NCBI GenBank assembly: GCA_001822075.1
Contig: MHPK01000004.1
Location: 71,979 to 135,978, forward strand
Length of the DNA stretch: 64,000 nucleotides
Source of the DNA: Candidatus Staskawiczbacteria bacterium RIFOXYB1_FULL_38_37
Lineage (GTDB): Bacteria > Patescibacteriota > Minisyncoccia > Minisyncoccales > Staskawiczbacteraceae
Direction: 5' to 3'
Under the pieces are notes generated by a model. The model saw nothing but the letters and a program-made list of their open reading frames with translations, ran no database searches and had not been told where the DNA came from. This document shows positions 60,343 to 64,000 of the stretch, piece by piece. The position numbers and the translations under genes are program-made. Each line of letters starts with the position of its first letter. The stretch's first letter is position 1.

Positions 60343-61620
60343 ATGCATAAAAAAACTGAACTAAAAAACAAATTAAGGGTTATTACAGCTCCTATAAAAA
60401 ACGCAAATAGCATTACTTTTTTAGTGCTTGTGGGAACAGGTTCAAAGTATGAGTCAAAAGACGTGAACGGGATATCTCATTTTTTAGAGCACATGTTTTT
60501 TAAGGGCACGCAAAAAAGGCCCAGTACTTTGAAAATTGCTGAAACTTTGGATATGGTGGGCGGCGAATATAATGCCTTTACTTCAAAAGAAGTAACTGGT
60601 TTCTGGGCGAAAGTAGACAAATCACATAAAGATGTGGCTTTAGACTGGATTTCTGATATATTTTTAAATTCTAAATTTGAAGAAAAAGAAATACAAAGGG
60701 AAAAGGGCGTTATAATAGAAGAGCTTAATATGTATTTGGATACGCCCCAAATATATGTTTCAGAATTATGGGAAAAGCTTTTGTACGGAGACCAGCCTGC
60801 CGGCTGGCCTGTTATTGGAGAAAAAGAAATTATAATAAGCTTTAACAGGCAAAAAATTATAGATTATCGAGAAAATCATTATTCCTCCTCTAACACAATA
60901 GTTTGCGTTGCAGGAGACATAATTTCGGAAGAAATAGAAGAAAAAATAAAAAATGTTTTTGGCGCTATGGCAGAAAAAAAAGTTGGAGACAAAGCAAAGA
61001 CAGAAGAATTTCAAAAGAAGCCTGAAGTTTTAATCCATAATAAAAAAACAGACCAGACTCATTTTTGCCTGGGCGTAAGGGGTTATAATTTATTTCACCC
61101 CAAAAGATATGCTTTAGCATTGCTTGCCATTATTTTGGGAGGAAACATGAGTTCTCGGCTTTTTATAAAGGTGAGGGAAAGAAATAGCTTGGCATATTCC
61201 ATACACACCTCTGCTGACAGTTTTACAGATACAGGATATTTAGTTACGCAGGCTGGAATTGACCATAAAAATTTGGAAAAGTCTGTAAGATTAATTTTAA
61301 AAGAATATAAAGATTTAAAAGAAAAAGAAGTTAGCCCAAAAGAATTGCAAAAAGCAAAAGATTATTTAAAGGGGACAATGTCTTTGTCTTTAGACAGTTC
61401 TGACGCCCTATCATCTTTTTTTGCCTTGCAAGAATCGCTAGAAGGAAAGATATTATCGGTTGAAGAAAAATTTAAAAAAATAGACCAAGTTGCTTCAGAA
61501 GACGTTAAAAAAACAGCAGAAGAAATATTTTTACCAGAGAAATTAAATCTTGCTGTAATAGGGCCTATTGCCCAAAATGAGAAAAAAGAGTTAAACTTAA
61601 GTAATTTATTAGAAATTTAA
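60343..61620 (+). CDS. M16-family zinc peptidase
   Basis: 425 aa; inverted zinc motif HFLEHMFFKGT. Confidence 0.88.
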   Translation: MHKKTELKNKLRVITAPIKNANSITFLVLVGTGSKYESKDVNGISHFLEHMFFKGTQKRPSTLKIAETLDMVGGEYNAFTSKEVTGFWAKVDKSHKDVALDWISDIFLNSKFEEKEIQREKGVIIEELNMYLDTPQIYVSELWEKLLYGDQPAGWPVIGEKEIIISFNRQKIIDYRENHYSSSNTIVCVAGDIISEEIEEKIKNVFGAMAEKKVGDKAKTEEFQKKPEVLIHNKKTDQTHFCLGVRGYNLFHPKRYALALLAIILGGNMSSRLFIKVRERNSLAYSIHTSADSFTDTGYLVTQAGIDHKNLEKSVRLILKEYKDLKEKEVSPKELQKAKDYLKGTMSLSLDSSDALSSFFALQESLEGKILSVEEKFKKIDQVASEDVKKTAEEIFLPEKLNLAVIGPIAQNEKKELNLSNLLEI

Positions 61621-62654
61621 TGCAAAGAGAACAGGTTTTAGACATTTCTTGGGAGGCAATAATTAAAATTTCCATAACAATTCTTGCCTTGTATTTTATT
61701 TATCTCACAAGAGAGGTGGCCCTCTGGTTCTTTTTTGGTTTGGCAACCTCTATTATTTTAGACCCCGCAATTAATTTTTTAAGAAAACTTTGGGTGCCGA
61801 AAATGATAGCTATTTTAACTGTTTATCTTTCTATTTTTGGGATGTTAGGGCTGGTTATTTATCTTACAGCCCCAATATTTATTATTGAATTGAAGCAATT
61901 TTCATTAAATTTGCCCGACTATTTCGTTAAAATTAGTCCGCTTTTACAAAGTTTGGGGTTGGATGCGGCCAACAGCTTTAATGAATTCACCAGTTTTTTA
62001 TTAGGAGGATTAGAACAAAGCTCAAAGAGTGTTTTTCGGGCAATAATAGCGTTTTTTGGAGGCGTTTCTTCAGCTATATTTATTTTGACTGTCGCGCTTT
62101 TTTTATCAATGGAGGGCAATGGCGCAGAAAAATTTTTAATTTTAATTACGCCTAAAAAATACGAAGACCAAATATCTTCCTTTTTTAAAACTTCCCAGCA
62201 AAAAGTAGCGGGCTGGTTCGGAGCACGGATATTGGCTTGCGCATTTGTAGGAATCGCCTGTTTTATTGTATTTTATATATTTAGTATAAAATATGCCTTT
62301 CTTTTGTCTTTAATTTCGGGTATTTTGAATTTTGTGCCTTATATAGGACCGGTTTTGAATGTCATGGTGATGGTGGTTTTTACCGCAGTTTCCTCTGAAT
62401 CATGGATTATTGTTGCATACGTGCTGATTGCATTTTTTATTATACAAAGCATAGAAAATTTTCTTTTAACTCCTTTATTAATGAAAAGAATGATAAATTT
62501 GCCCCCGGTGCTGGTATTAGTTTCTTTATTGGTGGGAGCCAAGCTTTTTGGATTTTTAGGCACAATATTCGCGGTTCCTGTTTTTGGGATAATTTATGAG
62601 TTTCTAAAAGAATTTTTAGAAAAAAGAAGAGAAAGCCTGTCCCAGCTGGAATAG
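61620..62654 (+). CDS. AI-2E/PerM-family transporter
   Basis: 344 aa with about 8 TM helices; the C-terminal GLFG..FAVP-like block (AKLFGFLGTIFAVPVFGI). Confidence 0.75.
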   Translation: MQREQVLDISWEAIIKISITILALYFIYLTREVALWFFFGLATSIILDPAINFLRKLWVPKMIAILTVYLSIFGMLGLVIYLTAPIFIIELKQFSLNLPDYFVKISPLLQSLGLDAANSFNEFTSFLLGGLEQSSKSVFRAIIAFFGGVSSAIFILTVALFLSMEGNGAEKFLILITPKKYEDQISSFFKTSQQKVAGWFGARILACAFVGIACFIVFYIFSIKYAFLLSLISGILNFVPYIGPVLNVMVMVVFTAVSSESWIIVAYVLIAFFIIQSIENFLLTPLLMKRMINLPPVLVLVSLLVGAKLFGFLGTIFAVPVFGIIYEFLKEFLEKRRESLSQLE

Positions 62655-62846
62655 AGTTTTAATATAATAACAGAAATAAGAATGATTAAAATTTGGCTTG
62701 AAAATTTCCAGAACACTGGGATTTTTTTTATACTGCAAAAAATAAGTTCGGCATTTTAGACTTAATTGCGGCTCCCAAAAGCATATGAACCAAAAGTATC
62801 ATTGTTTTTTAGAATAATTTTGATAGTATTAAGTAATTATAATAAT

Positions 62847-64000
62847 ATGTTCGGAAAAAAGCATGCCCGCCATAATGCCGCATCCGCCGAAAGGGCAAAG
62901 CCCATTGAGGCGGACAGGGTTTTAGGCGGGAAAAAATTTTATATTACGACCACGCTTCCTTATGTAAATGCTGACCCGCATATTGGTTTTGCCTTAGAAA
63001 TTATTCAGGCTGATGTTTTGGCGCGCTACCATAAAAATTTGGGAGAGGACGTGTTTTTTAACACAGGAGTTGATGAACACGGCTTAAAAATTTTTCGCAA
63101 GGCGCAGGAAAGCAATATGGATGCCCATGCATATTGCGATGTTTATGCTAAAAAGTTTGATGATTTAAAGCGGGCGCTTAACTTAAGCTATAATAATTTT
63201 ATAAGAACAACAGACGAGCGCCATATTAAGGCAGCTCAGGAGTTTTGGCTAAGGTGCCAGACAAACGGAGATATTTATAAAAAAAATTATAAAAGTAAAT
63301 ATTGCGTGGGTTGCGAAATGGAAAAAACAAATTCTGAATTAGAAAACGGCAGATGCCCGGTTCATCCTAATTTAGAATTAGAAATAATCGACGAAGAGAA
63401 TTATTTTTTTAAGCTTTCTAAATATCAAGATAAGCTTATAGAGCTTTATAAAAAAAATTATGATTTTGTAATACCGCAATCTAAGCTGAATGAAATAAGC
63501 GAGTTTGCAAAGAGAGGATTGCAAGATTTTAGCATTTCAAGGTTAAAAGAAAAACTGCCCTGGGGCGTGCCAGTGCCAGGAGATGATAAGCATGTAATGT
63601 ATGTTTGGTTTGATGCTTTGGTAAATTATATTTCCTGCTTAGGGTGGCCAAAAGACCAGAAAAAATTTAAAGATTTTTGGCCGGGCACGCAAATTGCAGG
63701 AAAAGATAATTTGCGCCACCAAGCTTTAATGTGGCAGGCAATGTTAATGTCAGCTGGACTGCCTAATTCAAAACAAGTTTTTATACATGGATTTATAACA
63801 GCAGGTGGGCAAAAGATGTCAAAATCATTGGGAAACGTTATAAATCCTTTTGAGCTTGTAGAAAAATATGGAGCTGATGCAGTTAGATATTATTTGTTAA
63901 GAGAAATACCATCTGCAGAAGACGGCGATTTTACTTATGAAAAATTTGAAGCAAGGTATAATTCTGATTTAGCCGGCGGTATTGGAAATCTTGTGGCAAG
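62847..64000 (+). CDS. metG: Methionyl-tRNA synthetase (partial; continues past the window end)
   Basis: Not in the ORF track (no stop in the window). Hand translation: MFGKKHARHNAASAERAKPIEADRVLGGKKFYITTTLPYVNADPHIGFALE..CVGCEME..CPVH..GQKMSKSLGN. The first ~28 codons are GC-rich hairpin sequence. Confidence 0.9.
   Translation, partial: MFGKKHARHNAASAERAKPIEADRVLGGKKFYITTTLPYVNADPHIGFALEIIQADVLARYHKNLGEDVFFNTGVDEHGLKIFRKAQESNMDAHAYCDVYAKKFDDLKRALNLSYNNFIRTTDERHIKAAQEFWLRCQTNGDIYKKNYKSKYCVGCEMEKTNSELENGRCPVHPNLELEIIDEENYFFKLSKYQDKLIELYKKNYDFVIPQSKLNEISEFAKRGLQDFSISRLKEKLPWGVPVPGDDKHVMYVWFDALVNYISCLGWPKDQKKFKDFWPGTQIAGKDNLRHQALMWQAMLMSAGLPNSKQVFIHGFITAGGQKMSKSLGNVINPFELVEKYGADAVRYYLLREIPSAEDGDFTYEKFEARYNSDLAGGIGNLVA

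Noticed and set aside
1-64000. Alternative genetic code (UGA recoding, as in some CPR lineages)
   Set aside because: All conserved genes (rpoB, rpoC, ileS, pnp and others) are full length under the standard code. TGA is also used as a genuine stop, for example in mutM at 33314-33316.

Overview
AT-rich (about one-third GC by eye) bacterial chromosome segment that reads cleanly with the standard genetic code. The gene content suggests a Candidate Phyla Radiation/Patescibacteria-type genome: T4SS-pilin-domain proteins, 23S-IVS four-helix-bundle genes, ORF6N proteins, archaeal-type PyrH and PdaD, tightly packed genes and CCA-less tRNAs. This is inference only, since no database search was possible. 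The left third (1-21.6 kb, mostly minus strand) holds a minimal type IV secretion-like module, a stack of toxin-antitoxin and four-helix cassettes behind ksgA, and an interrupted rpsO...pnp unit. The right two thirds (22.4-64 kb, mostly plus strand) hold housekeeping genes (cca, ABC exporter, dprA, comM, mutM, holA, rpoB, rpoC, pyrH, argS, ileS, recO, glyQS, metG) plus a pdaD-DHS-agmatinase operon. Three things stand out. (i) Several families of short palindromic repeats sit in frame inside essential genes (rpoC, pnp, argS, holA, cca, mutM, dprA, ksgA, metG). They comprise a RAYT (IS200-like Y1 transposase) with its own GTGAGC-N5-GCTCAC REPs, CCGCC-N3-GGCGG-type GC hairpins, and AT-rich hairpin elements. 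(ii) Three isolated GC-rich (roughly 45-50 percent) single-gene islands each carry their own promoter and terminator: an SPFH-like gene inside the T4SS locus, a B12/radical-SAM gene, and a 166-aa orphan behind rpoC with paired CACGTG palindromes. (iii) Fossil copies of gene ends (ksgA 3' end three times, pyrH 3' end, argS 5' end, NYN-gene 3' end) mark serial cassette insertion. No CRISPR array, rRNA gene or prophage was seen.
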